From contig BK006938.2 in NCBI GenBank assembly GCA_000146045.2, forward strand, positions 1,216,001-1,280,000: DNA of 64,000 bases. The letters run 5' to 3'. Below, in pieces: positions 23,960 to 35,873 of this stretch. The DNA comes from TPA_inf: Saccharomyces (lineage: Eukaryota). Below the pieces are notes generated by a model. It was not told the origin of the DNA, ran no database searches, and saw nothing but the letters and a program-made list of their open reading frames with translations. Positions within the stretch are counted from its first letter, which is position 1; each line of letters begins with the position of its first letter. A program made the translations under genes and the position numbers.

Positions 23960-24676
23960 TTACTTCTTTAACTCGCTTAGGATTTTTTTTATTTTTTCTC
24001 TCTTTTCCGGAGAATTGCCAAATGTTTTCACGGCCTCTTCCAATAATAGCTTCATTTCTTCCAACGCAACTACTAGTTTCCCATTGTAAGTGGCGAAGTA
24101 CTCGCTGATATCATCATCTTCAGAAGCTTCTTTAATGGAAGTTGTTAAAGAATTTATAGAATTTGTTTGGCTCAGAATATCTGATAATTTACTTTCGCCT
24201 ATTTGGAGAGCCTGACATTTCAGTATTAAATCTTTCCTTAAATTACTATACTCGCTTAGAACTTTGAGATCATTTTCCACTTCAACTTCCTCTTCGTCTG
24301 CTACTTCCATCTGCGGCAGCTTCAACACATCTTCAATTAATCTCTCTATCGATGTACTCTGAGGTTCACCCTCAACTCTATTTCTTAGTTCACTTCCAAG
24401 AGAGTACTTTGGTATGTCTCCAACAAGTTCCATTATCTGCTGCGATTGACTGGCTCTCAATTCAGACTCGTTATCGTATATCTCTTTGCTCAGTAAGTCT
24501 TGTTTTCCCCTGCTCATGGCATCCTTTCTCTTTTCAATTACTTGAGCCTTTAGTAATCTGCACACTTCATTTGGTAATTCGCCTGCTAGGTCATCCATGA
24601 GGTAGTCATCACTCGACAGCAGTGCGGTCAATTCATTTTCTATAAAATTGGATATGCTATTATATGTGTCTGTCAT
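23960..24676 (-). CDS. NKP1: NKP1 (YDR383C) non-essential kinetochore protein, 238 aa
   Basis: The first ATG at complement(24674..24676) gives MTDTYNSISNFIENE; coiled-coil protein. Confidence 0.85.
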   Translation of the reverse strand: MTDTYNSISNFIENELTALLSSDDYLMDDLAGELPNEVCRLLKAQVIEKRKDAMSRGKQDLLSKEIYDNESELRASQSQQIMELVGDIPKYSLGSELRNRVEGEPQSTSIERLIEDVLKLPQMEVADEEEVEVENDLKVLSEYSNLRKDLILKCQALQIGESKLSDILSQTNSINSLTTSIKEASEDDDISEYFATYNGKLVVALEEMKLLLEEAVKTFGNSPEKREKIKKILSELKK

Positions 24677-25203
24677 CTTATTCCTACAATCTATTGTTGC
24701 TTTAGTTTCTGTGCACATTTACCAAAAATATTTCTTCGCATGTAGATTTACCTCTTTTCCCCTGTGACGCGTCATCGTTTTTATATCACCTTTGAACAAA
24801 GCAATATATCTGTACTCAAAAGGTACAAACGAAAGTTTTGTTCACGAGAAAGAGATATTTTACATGCGAATTAAATCTTGATTGCCTGAATTCTTCACTA
24901 TTTTATGATTTTTCCCTTCCTTCTTGAAATTTGATTTATATTTAGTCCAAATATTACAGAAAAAAAAAAAAAAGATGCCTAAGCCTTGGGTCTTATTTCG
25001 AACAAATCCATCCATCGGTAACAATTCAAAAAAAGAATATTTCGTCTCGAACAATTTGCTAAGTATTGTGGGTAAATGATATATAAATTTTTATAAAAAC
25101 TCTTGGCCAAGAAAAAAAAAAAAGACTATGTCTAAACGTAACGTTATCATTATTATTAAATCATTTTAATGTTTTATAAGTTTTGTTTTTCATTTCATAC
25201 CCT

Positions 25204-26031
25204 TTAAGGAGCATTTGGCATTGTGTGCGCCCTGAAGGCTAAATAAGAATTTGAAGGACTCACCACAGAACAGTATAGCGAATACCAACCGCAGCAACTA
25301 CTTAAAATTCCAAAATAGCCACCGGCCATTTTGAGATTGTTGTTGTCAATGAAGGTGCCGATACACAGTAGTAGGAAGGTAAGATCCAAAAACGTCAATA
25401 GTAAGAACAAACCCCACGTGCTCTTCAATGTACACATCAACATCAAGAAGGTGAAAACGGTCCAGCCCGCAAGGAAGAACCCAATGACATTGTTCAACAT
25501 TGTGGGATCGGTATAGCCGCTGACCAAATTATCAGTATCTGTTAGCCCATAACCGTAGCAGATCCAGAACCCGCCGAAAGAACTGAACACAGTCATGGCG
25601 TATGTGTCCCCAATGACAAAACACAATAACCCGGCAAACAATTCAATGGCACCACCAAAAAACATAAACAAACTTAGCGCCCATTTACCATCAGTGACGC
25701 CGCGAACGTTCGCATTAATTAGCGACAGAACTAGACATGACAGAGAAAACGATGCGAGACCCAAAGGAACCGGATTAGCGAACTGGTGCGGAGTATACTT
25801 TGCACAGTTTCCTTCCTCCCCATCCCCTCTGTCTAGTGCATTGAGCAAATCTCTGCGCCTGTAGGTGGAGGATCCTAGAGTAATGAAGTCTCTGTCGGAG
25901 TATATCTCTTGAATATTAGGGAAGCCCTGCGAAACGCCTGCAATCGAACCCTGCTGGGGGAGCGTCTCAATATTTTCTAGAGTGTTCACACCCTTTTCCA
26001 AATCCTGTGGAGAAGAAGCAGACGATGTCAT
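25204..26031 (-). CDS. ATO3: ATO3 (YDR384C) GPR1/FUN34/YaaH-family ammonium/acetate transporter, 275 aa
   Basis: Six transmembrane segments and the NPAPLGL-like signature (ANPVPLGLASFS); full sequence recognised. Confidence 0.9.
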   Translation of the reverse strand: MTSSASSPQDLEKGVNTLENIETLPQQGSIAGVSQGFPNIQEIYSDRDFITLGSSTYRRRDLLNALDRGDGEEGNCAKYTPHQFANPVPLGLASFSLSCLVLSLINANVRGVTDGKWALSLFMFFGGAIELFAGLLCFVIGDTYAMTVFSSFGGFWICYGYGLTDTDNLVSGYTDPTMLNNVIGFFLAGWTVFTFLMLMCTLKSTWGLFLLLTFLDLTFLLLCIGTFIDNNNLKMAGGYFGILSSCCGWYSLYCSVVSPSNSYLAFRAHTMPNAP

Positions 26032-26197
26032 TTTAACCAGTATTTTTATTTTTTATTCTTACTAAATCTTTCTGGGAATGTATTCAGTTATATGTGACCC
26101 AACTGTTTATAAAACTGGGGGAATATTAGGCAATCAAGCGAAGCTCATCGATGAGTATTCAATTTGCTAAAAAGTTGTTTTATTTAAATATTCCTTC

Positions 26198-26204
26198 TGA
26201 GTCA
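26198..26204 (+). promoter_or_regulatory. TGAGTCA (Gcn4/AP-1 consensus) about 170 bp upstream of ATO3
   Basis: Exact TGASTCA heptamer; ATO3 is reported to be GCN4-dependent. Confidence 0.4.
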
Positions 26205-26545
26205 CGGTCATCGTGAATAGCGTTAAAATTCTCAAATCCATTGGTGTTTCCATTAGGCCCTGAGCGGTTCCCCAAGAAAAAAAAAAACAGTAGAAAAAAA
26301 TGATGCTTCTTCCTAACGCTATTGTAGTGCAGGTTCTGCCGTGTGCCAAGTTGGAGCAGCGCCTGCTGAGACTCTTCCGTATGGTTCTTGCTCTTCTCAG
26401 GACCAGCGGCGGCAGTTCCGGTTTTTTTCGGCGTCTTTTGTCTGGCACACAATGGGCGATGGAGAGGGAAAACCGGAGGATATGCCAGCTGCGGTGAGAT
26501 TATGGTTGGAGTTATGTTTGTAGCCGGCGGTGCGGCAATAGGAGA

Positions 26546-26565
26546 GGGGAGGGGAAGGGGAGGGG
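26546..26565 (+). other. Canonical G-quadruplex motif GGGGAGGGGAAGGGGAGGGG (four G4 runs with 1-2 nt loops)
   Basis: Read directly from the sequence; sits in a locally GC-rich patch about 520 bp upstream of ATO3 and 680 bp upstream of EFT2. Confidence 0.6.
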
Positions 26566-27229
26566 AAAAGGTAATGGCTGACGAAGTATAGAGATGGCAA
26601 TCACAAGCCAAATATTGGAGATTACATGCAAGAATGCTACTGTTATACAAAAGGGTGAAAATTGAGACCCAAATTCCTTCCTTTTTTTTCTTTTTTTTTT
26701 ACCAGAAGAATTACGTACAAAAGTACCTACTATTTCAAAGCAAGAAATGAGATGCCTATTGTGGTTATATACAGAATAGATGATAAATGGGTTTTCCGTG
26801 CAAAACGATATGGAGAATTCAAAATGGGTGCGAAATACCTGGAACGTAAGCGTTCTGAGAAATACACAGACGCATTAACCTGACAAAAACACAACTAGTT
26901 TGGGAAAGGGATTTGGTCTTTCCTCTCGGGTCTCTCGTGTGGTTCCTTTCTTTCTCAGATCTCCCTGCACACTGGGCTGTTGTCCTCCAGGTTATGGTTT
27001 GTTCTCTTCAGGTATTACAATGCAGTAGGCTTTTGGAGTGAGCAAAACGAAGAGAGAAAAAAATTTTTTCTTAAAAGTTTTTTTTCATTTTGTGAGCTTA
27101 TTCTTCTTTTCTATATATTCTTGATATCTTAGATTATACATATTATTCTCTTACATTTCACGATTGCCCTTTTGGTGTTTAGCATTCAGACTCAAAGACC
27201 ACAAACACAAACTATAACATAATTGCAAG

Positions 27230-29758
27230 ATGGTTGCTTTCACTGTTGACCAAATGCGTTCTTTAATGGACAAAGTTACCAATGTGCGTAACATGTCCGT
27301 TATTGCTCACGTCGATCATGGTAAGTCCACTTTGACCGATTCCTTGGTCCAAAGAGCCGGTATTATTTCCGCTGCTAAGGCTGGTGAAGCTCGTTTCACC
27401 GATACCAGAAAGGATGAACAAGAAAGAGGTATCACTATCAAGTCTACCGCTATTTCTCTATACTCTGAAATGTCTGACGAAGATGTCAAGGAAATCAAGC
27501 AAAAGACCGACGGTAACTCCTTCTTGATCAACTTGATCGACTCTCCAGGTCACGTTGACTTCTCCTCTGAAGTTACTGCCGCTTTACGTGTCACTGACGG
27601 TGCTTTGGTTGTCGTCGACACCATTGAAGGTGTCTGTGTCCAAACCGAAACTGTTTTGAGACAAGCTTTGGGTGAGAGAATCAAGCCTGTTGTTGTTATC
27701 AACAAGGTCGACAGAGCTTTGTTGGAATTGCAAGTTTCTAAGGAAGATTTATACCAAACCTTTGCCAGAACTGTTGAATCCGTTAACGTCATCGTTTCCA
27801 CCTACGCCGATGAAGTTTTGGGTGATGTCCAAGTTTACCCAGCCAGAGGTACCGTTGCCTTCGGTTCCGGTTTGCACGGTTGGGCTTTCACTATCCGTCA
27901 ATTCGCCACCAGATATGCTAAGAAATTCGGTGTCGACAAGGCCAAGATGATGGACAGATTATGGGGTGACTCTTTCTTCAACCCAAAGACCAAGAAGTGG
28001 ACCAACAAGGACACTGATGCTGAAGGTAAGCCATTGGAAAGAGCTTTCAACATGTTCATCTTGGACCCAATCTTCAGATTATTCACTGCTATCATGAACT
28101 TCAAGAAAGATGAAATTCCAGTTTTGCTAGAAAAGTTGGAAATTGTCTTGAAGGGTGACGAAAAGGACTTGGAAGGTAAGGCCTTGTTGAAGGTTGTTAT
28201 GAGAAAGTTCTTGCCAGCTGCCGATGCCTTATTGGAAATGATTGTCTTGCACTTGCCATCTCCAGTCACTGCTCAAGCCTACAGAGCTGAACAATTATAC
28301 GAAGGTCCAGCTGACGATGCCAACTGTATTGCTATCAAGAACTGTGATCCAAAGGCTGATTTGATGTTGTACGTCTCCAAGATGGTGCCAACCTCTGATA
28401 AGGGTAGATTCTACGCCTTCGGTAGAGTTTTTGCCGGTACTGTTAAGTCCGGTCAAAAGGTCAGAATCCAAGGTCCAAACTACGTTCCAGGTAAGAAGGA
28501 CGATTTGTTCATCAAGGCCATTCAAAGAGTTGTTTTGATGATGGGTAGATTTGTCGAACCAATCGATGACTGTCCAGCCGGTAACATTATCGGTTTAGTC
28601 GGTATCGATCAATTCTTGTTGAAGACTGGTACTTTGACCACCAGTGAAACTGCTCACAACATGAAGGTCATGAAATTCTCTGTCTCTCCAGTTGTGCAAG
28701 TCGCTGTCGAAGTCAAGAACGCTAACGACTTACCAAAATTGGTCGAAGGTTTGAAGAGATTGTCCAAGTCTGATCCATGTGTCTTGACCTATATGTCTGA
28801 ATCCGGTGAACATATCGTTGCTGGTACCGGTGAATTGCATTTGGAAATTTGTTTGCAAGATTTGGAACACGACCACGCTGGTGTTCCATTGAAGATCTCC
28901 CCACCAGTTGTCGCTTACAGAGAAACTGTTGAAAGTGAATCTTCTCAAACTGCTTTGTCCAAGTCTCCAAACAAGCATAACAGAATCTACTTGAAGGCTG
29001 AACCAATTGACGAAGAAGTCTCTTTGGCTATTGAAAACGGTATCATCAACCCAAGAGATGATTTCAAGGCCAGAGCTAGAATCATGGCTGACGACTACGG
29101 TTGGGATGTCACCGATGCCAGAAAGATCTGGTGTTTCGGTCCAGACGGTAACGGTCCAAACTTGGTTATTGACCAAACTAAGGCTGTCCAATACTTGCAC
29201 GAAATCAAGGATTCCGTTGTTGCTGCTTTCCAATGGGCTACCAAGGAAGGTCCAATTTTCGGTGAAGAAATGAGATCTGTCAGAGTTAACATTTTGGATG
29301 TTACTTTACATGCCGATGCTATCCACAGAGGTGGTGGTCAAATCATCCCAACCATGAGAAGAGCTACTTACGCTGGTTTCTTGTTGGCTGATCCAAAGAT
29401 CCAAGAACCAGTTTTCTTGGTCGAAATTCAATGTCCAGAACAAGCCGTCGGTGGTATCTACTCCGTCTTAAACAAGAAGAGAGGTCAAGTCGTTTCTGAA
29501 GAACAAAGACCAGGTACTCCATTGTTTACCGTCAAGGCCTACTTGCCAGTTAACGAATCTTTCGGTTTCACTGGTGAATTGAGACAAGCTACTGGTGGTC
29601 AAGCTTTCCCACAAATGGTTTTCGACCATTGGTCCACTTTAGGTTCTGACCCATTGGACCCAACCTCTAAGGCTGGTGAAATTGTTCTTGCTGCTCGTAA
29701 GAGACACGGTATGAAGGAAGAAGTTCCAGGCTGGCAAGAATATTACGACAAATTGTAA
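27230..29758 (+). CDS. EFT2: EFT2 (YDR385W) translation elongation factor 2, 842 aa
   Basis: GTP-binding motif AHVDHGKST and full eEF2 sequence; extreme codon bias. Called EFT2 rather than EFT1 from the ATO3/MUS81 flanks. Confidence 0.9.
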
Positions 29759-30083
29759 GAATGGTTAAACAATTTTTAATTATTTAACTTTTTCAGTTTT
29801 TGTCGTAATGTATTGGGCACCTTTTATGTCCTTTTGACTTTTTTGTAGTTTATTCTCACGTATACTTACCATCTATAGTGTTATTTCATATTTAATCATA
29901 TTTCCATATTAGATATCTGCCTTCCCCTGTATAATAGTTACTATGATTTATCTTGCTTTGCCTATTCGCGTCATCAACTTCTTTTCTTACCGATCGCGGT
30001 AATGCCCTTTAAGAGTGGCATCAACATTGGCGTAAACAAAGTTTCAAAGGATTGATACGAACACACATTCCTAGCATGAAAGC

Positions 30084-31982
30084 ATGGAACTCTCATCAAA
30101 CTTAAAAGACCTATATATTGAATGGTTACAAGAATTAGTTGACGGATTAACCCCTAAACAAGAACAACTCAAAATAGCCTATGAAAAAGCAAAAAGGAAT
30201 TTACAAAATGCTGAAGGTTCATTTTATTATCCTACAGATCTAAAGAAAGTTAAGGGAATTGGCAATACAATAATAAAGAGATTAGATACGAAATTACGGA
30301 ACTATTGCAAAATTCACCACATATCTCCCGTTGAGGCTCCTTCCTTAACTCAGACAAGTAGCACCAGACCACCAAAGAGGACTACTACAGCTTTGCGTAG
30401 CATAGTAAACTCATGCGAAAATGATAAGAATGAAGCTCCCGAAGAGAAGGGAACTAAAAAGAGAAAAACTAGGAAGTATATACCCAAAAAAAGATCTGGA
30501 GGCTACGCTATCCTTCTTTCCTTACTCGAGCTTAATGCCATTCCTCGAGGCGTTAGTAAAGAGCAAATCATCGAGGTTGCAGGAAAATACAGTGACCATT
30601 GTATGACTCCAAATTTCTCCACAAAAGAATTCTACGGTGCTTGGTCGTCTATTGCTGCACTTAAAAAACATTCGTTGGTTCTTGAGGAAGGTAGACCAAA
30701 ACGGTATTCGCTAACAGAGGAAGGTGTAGAACTAACAAAGAGCTTAAAGACGGCAGACGGAATCTCTTTTCCAAAAGAAAATGAAGAACCTAACGAGTAT
30801 TCCGTAACCAGGAATGAAAGTAGTGAATTCACAGCAAATCTGACTGACCTCCGTGGTGAATATGGTAAGGAAGAAGAGCCCTGCGATATAAATAACACTT
30901 CATTCATGCTGGATATAACTTTTCAAGATTTGAGCACGCCGCAAAGGCTGCAGAACAATGTATTTAAAAATGATAGACTGAATAGCCAAACTAATATATC
31001 TTCTCATAAATTGGAAGAGGTCTCTGATGATCAAACAGTACCTGATTCCGCATTAAAGGCTAAAAGCACAATAAAGAGGAGAAGGTACAACGGAGTAAGT
31101 TACGAATTGTGGTGTAGTGGTGATTTCGAAGTTTTCCCAATTATTGATCACAGAGAAATAAAGTCACAATCTGATCGTGAGTTTTTTTCAAGGGCATTTG
31201 AAAGAAAAGGTATGAAGTCAGAGATAAGGCAACTCGCTTTGGGTGATATTATATGGGTTGCCAAGAATAAAAATACCGGGTTGCAGTGTGTGCTCAACAC
31301 CATAGTTGAAAGAAAAAGGCTAGACGATTTAGCTTTAAGTATAAGGGATAACAGGTTTATGGAGCAAAAAAATAGGTTAGAGAAATCTGGCTGTGAACAC
31401 AAATACTATCTCATTGAGGAGACTATGAGTGGCAACATTGGAAATATGAATGAGGCCCTAAAGACCGCGCTTTGGGTCATTTTAGTGTATTACAAATTCT
31501 CCATGATAAGAACTTGCAATTCGGATGAAACTGTGGAAAAGATACATGCGTTGCATACTGTAATTTCTCATCACTATTCTCAAAAAGATCTCATAGTTAT
31601 ATTTCCAAGTGACCTTAAAAGCAAGGACGATTATAAAAAGGTGCTTCTACAGTTTCGTCGAGAATTCGAACGAAAAGGCGGTATTGAATGCTGTCATAAT
31701 CTTGAATGCTTTCAAGAACTAATGGGAAAAGGCGATCTAAAGACGGTTGGTGAGCTAACTATACATGTTTTAATGCTTGTTAAAGGTATATCTTTAGAAA
31801 AAGCAGTAGCCATCCAAGAAATATTTCCTACCCTGAATAAAATACTAATGGCATATAAAACGTGCTCCTCGGAAGAAGAGGCTAAATTGTTGATGTTTAA
31901 TGTACTGGGAGATGCACCTGGTGCGAAGAAAATTACTAAATCTCTTTCAGAAAAGATATATGATGCTTTTGGTAAACTTTAG
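30084..31982 (+). CDS. MUS81: MUS81 (YDR386W) structure-specific endonuclease (ERCC4 domain), 632 aa
   Basis: N-terminus [22 protein letters not shown] recognised; ERCC4 nuclease motif region (...[17 protein letters not shown]...). Confidence 0.9.
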
Positions 31983-32153
31983 CAATTTGAAATATAGTCA
32001 TCCCTGCAAGGTTTTATAAAGAAAAAAGTGATGATATTCTTTTAACTAATATATACATATATAAGAAAAGAAGCCTTAATTTCTCACGGACAAATATACC
32101 AGAAGCATATCTGAAAGCCGCCCCAATGCATTATGATGCCACTTGACAACTCA

Positions 32154-33821
32154 TCAATGGTAGGTACGAAAGACATAATGAACATCAATTCCATTATCAA
32201 AAACCCTTCCAACCTCTTCCAGTGACAAACCTTTGACTTCTGGATACCAAAAATATACGAAAAACCAGGCACAAACTGTGAAAAAAGCAAAAATGAGCAT
32301 TGTATTTTCATCACCAATGGTGTTAATAGTGCTCAGATATGTCATTGAAACAAATGCATTGGTCAACCAATTTGTGCAGGCTATACATGATGCCCCAAAT
32401 GATCTCCTGTTCAAGGGGAGAAATTCCACACAGGTCCATGGAACGCTGCCCATCGCAGAAGCATATGCTGCAACATAAATTACAACAGAAATTAAAAGTA
32501 AATTGACTTGGTCATGACCGAAACCTACACTGCAAAGAAGTAACCCAACAGTCATAATCAAAATTGTTCTCAAAAGAATGGCTCTTCTTCCCAAAGAGTC
32601 CATGGTGTACATGGCGAAAAAAGTGAATATGAAGTTCGTTGAGGCAATCAAAATTGGAGGCAGTAGAGGGTTTTTTATATTAAATTTGGAAAATATTATT
32701 GCCGCATAGTACATAAAAGCATTAAAGCCAGTGATTTGCTGGAAAAACATTAACATGCAACCTACTATTAACGCTCTTATTGTGCGTGGCTCCATTCTGT
32801 GTCTTTTCTTTTTGTTAGATGCCAGGGCACCGTTTGGAGCTGGGCCTCGCAACGCCGATAGATATGCTGATGAGGAGGACATTGTGTTGCTAGTTCTTTC
32901 TGTGTTCGAGGAAAGTCTTTTAATGTTAGGTGGGCTAAGAGTTCCTGAGGTTGAACTATCCATGTATCGAATAACCGATTGGGACTGTACTAGTAAAGGT
33001 TCACTTGCATCTTCGTATAGTCGTAACTTATCGAGTTCAATTATCAGCTGCTTAATTTTACTATTCACATGATATGTAGATGCAGTAGGATATAGCATTC
33101 TTAGAGAATCCCTGGTATATAGAATGTCTCCCTTGGAAATGGACCATCGTGGCGATTCAGGGATAAAATCCAGTATTGAAAGGAACAGAATAGCTGGAAT
33201 AGCAGAAAGTGCGAACAAATATCTCCATGAATTATCAATCTCTTTCATAAGGGACGCAATCACATAGGAAACCAATTGACCTCCAGTGATGGCAATAATG
33301 TTCAATGTCAACATAAAACCCCTGATTCTGGAAGGTGAAATTTCACTCAGAAATAGAGGGACGCACTGGGCAGACACTCCAACAGCGATCCCAACCAGCA
33401 ATCTCCCACAAATCAAAAACGTCAATGTTCTTGCTATAGCCATTCCAATTGCAGCTAGGATAAAAATTGAACAGCAGATTGCGAGAGTAATTCTTCTTCC
33501 ATACCTATCTGCTAAAGGAAATGCCAGAATAGAGCCAAAAAATGATCCGACGCTTGTACTGGAAGTTATCAGCTCCTTCTGAACATCCGTTAAAACTACC
33601 AAAGATAGATCTTCGGGCTTTAAAGAAAGCAGAACACCTGATATAACACCAGTATCATAGCCGAATAAAAGCCCACCAATGGTAGCACCAACGAAGATTA
33701 ACGACGTTTTGAACGTTAAAGCATATGGGAGTTGCTCGATGTCATTGGCAGTATTGGATGTTACCTGGGAGATAATGGAATACAGATCAGAATAAACGTC
33801 TTCACTTTCATCTGTAGACAT
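32154..33821 (-). CDS. YDR387C (CIN10) MFS sugar-porter-like transporter, 555 aa
   Basis: 12-transmembrane MFS topology with the sugar-porter motifs GRR and PESPRW. Confidence 0.8.
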   Translation of the reverse strand: MSTDESEDVYSDLYSIISQVTSNTANDIEQLPYALTFKTSLIFVGATIGGLLFGYDTGVISGVLLSLKPEDLSLVVLTDVQKELITSSTSVGSFFGSILAFPLADRYGRRITLAICCSIFILAAIGMAIARTLTFLICGRLLVGIAVGVSAQCVPLFLSEISPSRIRGFMLTLNIIAITGGQLVSYVIASLMKEIDNSWRYLFALSAIPAILFLSILDFIPESPRWSISKGDILYTRDSLRMLYPTASTYHVNSKIKQLIIELDKLRLYEDASEPLLVQSQSVIRYMDSSTSGTLSPPNIKRLSSNTERTSNTMSSSSAYLSALRGPAPNGALASNKKKRHRMEPRTIRALIVGCMLMFFQQITGFNAFMYYAAIIFSKFNIKNPLLPPILIASTNFIFTFFAMYTMDSLGRRAILLRTILIMTVGLLLCSVGFGHDQVNLLLISVVIYVAAYASAMGSVPWTCVEFLPLNRRSFGASCIACTNWLTNAFVSMTYLSTINTIGDENTMLIFAFFTVCAWFFVYFWYPEVKGLSLEEVGRVFDNGIDVHYVFRTYH

Positions 33822-34185
33822 ACCTCTATCAAGTTTTGACTTTCCTGTCGCTTGCCTGTACGCTTTTGTTTTCTACTGAGAAAAGATACTTTTTGACCAT
33901 GGACTATAAGTGCACGCTACAGTTGCACATATAAGGTTGTATATAGTTCAAGAAGTTCCTTTCGTATGGAAATTTTGTTATGTATACCTTCCAGTTGCTA
34001 TGGTAGTCTACCTGACTAAATTATCAATCCGACCGATGTTCGGATGTTGCGATAATATTGGTACCGGAAAAAAAAAAGGAGAGGGCTTTGTAGTGTCGAT
34101 GTTTAACAACCTGTTTTAAGGAATAAAGTAAAGTGAGGCTCACCTGGTCATTTAACACCAAGAATCAAGGAGCCAATAAGTGCAC

Positions 34186-35634
34186 ATGAGTTTTAAAGGG
34201 TTTACCAAGGCTGTTAGTAGGGCTCCTCAGTCCTTCCGTCAAAAGTTCAAGATGGGTGAGCAGACAGAGGATCCTGTTTACGAGGATGCAGAACGTCGTT
34301 TTCAAGAATTGGAGCAGGAGACAAAAAAATTAAGTGAGGAATCGAAGAGATACTCGACTGCGGTGAATGGAATGCTGACACACCAAATTGGATTTGCCAA
34401 ATCCATGGAGGAAATTTTCAAACCTATCAGTGGTAAAATGAGTGACCCTAACGCTACCATACCAGAGGACAACCCACAAGGTATTGAAGCAAGTGAACAG
34501 TATAGGGCAATTGTCGCAGAATTACAGGAAACATTGAAACCGGATCTGGCTTTGGTGGAAGAAAAAATTGTTACGCCATGCCAGGAACTGTTGAAGATTA
34601 TTACTTATATTCGTAAAATGGCCACCAAGAGAAATCACAAAAAATTAGATTTAGATAGACATCTAAACACTTATAACAAGCATGAAAAGAAGAAGGAACC
34701 AACCGCCAAAGACGAAGAAAGATTGTATAAAGCACAAGCTCAAGTGGAAGTGGCTCAACAAGAATATGATTACTATAACGACTTGCTAAAGACTCAATTA
34801 CCAATACTGTTCAGTTTGGAAGCTGAATTTGTGAAACCATTATTTGTCTCATTTTATTTCATGCAATTGAACATTTTTTACACTTTGTATAATAGACTTC
34901 AAGACATGAAGATTCCATATTTTGATTTGAACAGTGACATTGTAGAGTCGTACATTGCCAAGAAAGGCAATGTGGAAGAACAAACGGACGCCTTGACTAT
35001 TACACACTTTAAACTCGGTTACTCTAAGGCAAAATTGGAGATGACCAGAAGGAAGTATGGTGTAGCAACCGCCGAAGGCTCACCCGTCAGTGGCGCATCA
35101 AGCGGTGTCGGATATGGTGCTGGGTATGATCCAGCAACTGCCACTTCTCCAACCCCTACAGGATACGGTTATGGTGCCGCAGCACCAAGTTACGCCGCTC
35201 AACCTGCTGCCCAGTATGGTACTGCTGCCGCCGTTGGTACTGCTGCTGCTGTTGGTACTGCTGCTGGTGCTGCTGCTGGCGCTGTTCCGGGTACTTATCC
35301 ACAGTATGCTGCTGCGCAATCTCCACCGCTCACTGGGCTAGGCTTCCAACAATCACCACAGCAGCAACAGGGACCACCACCGGCCTACTCTAATCCTCTA
35401 ACATCACCTGTTGCGGGCACACCAGCCGCGGCCGTAGCGGCAGCTCCTGGCGTTGAAACTGTTACCGCATTGTATGACTACCAAGCTCAAGCTGCTGGTG
35501 ATTTGTCTTTCCCTGCCGGCGCAGTTATAGAAATTGTCCAGCGTACTCCGGACGTGAACGAATGGTGGACAGGAAGATACAATGGCCAGCAAGGTGTGTT
35601 TCCTGGGAACTACGTGCAACTCAACAAGAACTAG
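34186..35634 (+). CDS. RVS167: RVS167 (YDR388W) amphiphysin homolog: BAR domain, GPA-rich linker, SH3 domain; 482 aa
   Basis: The ATG at 34186 gives [15 protein letters not shown]; a Gly/Pro/Ala-rich repeat lies at about 35090..35400; the C-terminal SH3 has [15 protein letters not shown]...NYVQL. Confidence 0.9.
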   Translation: MSFKGFTKAVSRAPQSFRQKFKMGEQTEDPVYEDAERRFQELEQETKKLSEESKRYSTAVNGMLTHQIGFAKSMEEIFKPISGKMSDPNATIPEDNPQGIEASEQYRAIVAELQETLKPDLALVEEKIVTPCQELLKIITYIRKMATKRNHKKLDLDRHLNTYNKHEKKKEPTAKDEERLYKAQAQVEVAQQEYDYYNDLLKTQLPILFSLEAEFVKPLFVSFYFMQLNIFYTLYNRLQDMKIPYFDLNSDIVESYIAKKGNVEEQTDALTITHFKLGYSKAKLEMTRRKYGVATAEGSPVSGASSGVGYGAGYDPATATSPTPTGYGYGAAAPSYAAQPAAQYGTAAAVGTAAAVGTAAGAAAGAVPGTYPQYAAAQSPPLTGLGFQQSPQQQQGPPPAYSNPLTSPVAGTPAAAVAAAPGVETVTALYDYQAQAAGDLSFPAGAVIEIVQRTPDVNEWWTGRYNGQQGVFPGNYVQLNKN

Positions 35635-35841
35635 AGGAGGCCCCTGCATCCCTCTGTATTCATTACCTTCTATTGTGAGATGTTACCATTACCTTTTTCT
35701 TTTATTGTAATGTTTCTTAATTTAAATACTATATAGGGTAATTCATCCTTCCACCAACAAAGTATCGTTTGAGTCTATCTATTACGGGCATGCGGCGAGC
35801 ATATTACCCTACTGACAATATCCCAAAAGGGAAGGAGCGCG

Positions 35842-35873
35842 TTCCCAATAGGGCTGCCACCTTCCCAATATGG
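35842..35873 (+). promoter_or_regulatory. Tandem Mcm1/SRF-like CArG-type boxes TTCCCAATAGGG and TTCCCAATATGG, plus CCATATGGGG at 35885..35894
   Basis: Two direct repeats fit the CCYAAWNNGG pattern and a palindromic CCATATGG follows; about 650-700 bp upstream of SAC7. Confidence 0.3.

Noticed and set aside
26167-26650. 156-aa and other overlapping ORFs in the ATO3 upstream region
   Set aside because: Same GC-rich artefact; they are Pro/Ala-rich and overlap each other in several frames.
26881-27229. Rap1 site in the EFT2 promoter
   Set aside because: I could not find a convincing ACACCCATACATTT-like match by eye. Only an A7T6 RRPE-like tract is present at about 27056..27070, so I left it uncalled.
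27316-29292. Multiple antisense and off-frame ORFs inside EFT2 (for example 28730..29233, 167 aa; 27898..28269, 123 aa)
   Set aside because: Extreme codon bias in a highly expressed gene depletes stops in the other frames; the translations are Ser/Thr/Val-rich noise.
35090-35341. Alternative-frame ORFs (83 aa +, 73 aa -) within RVS167
   Set aside because: They lie in the GCT/GGT-repeat DNA encoding the Gly/Pro/Ala-rich linker, and repeat-driven open frames occur on both strands.
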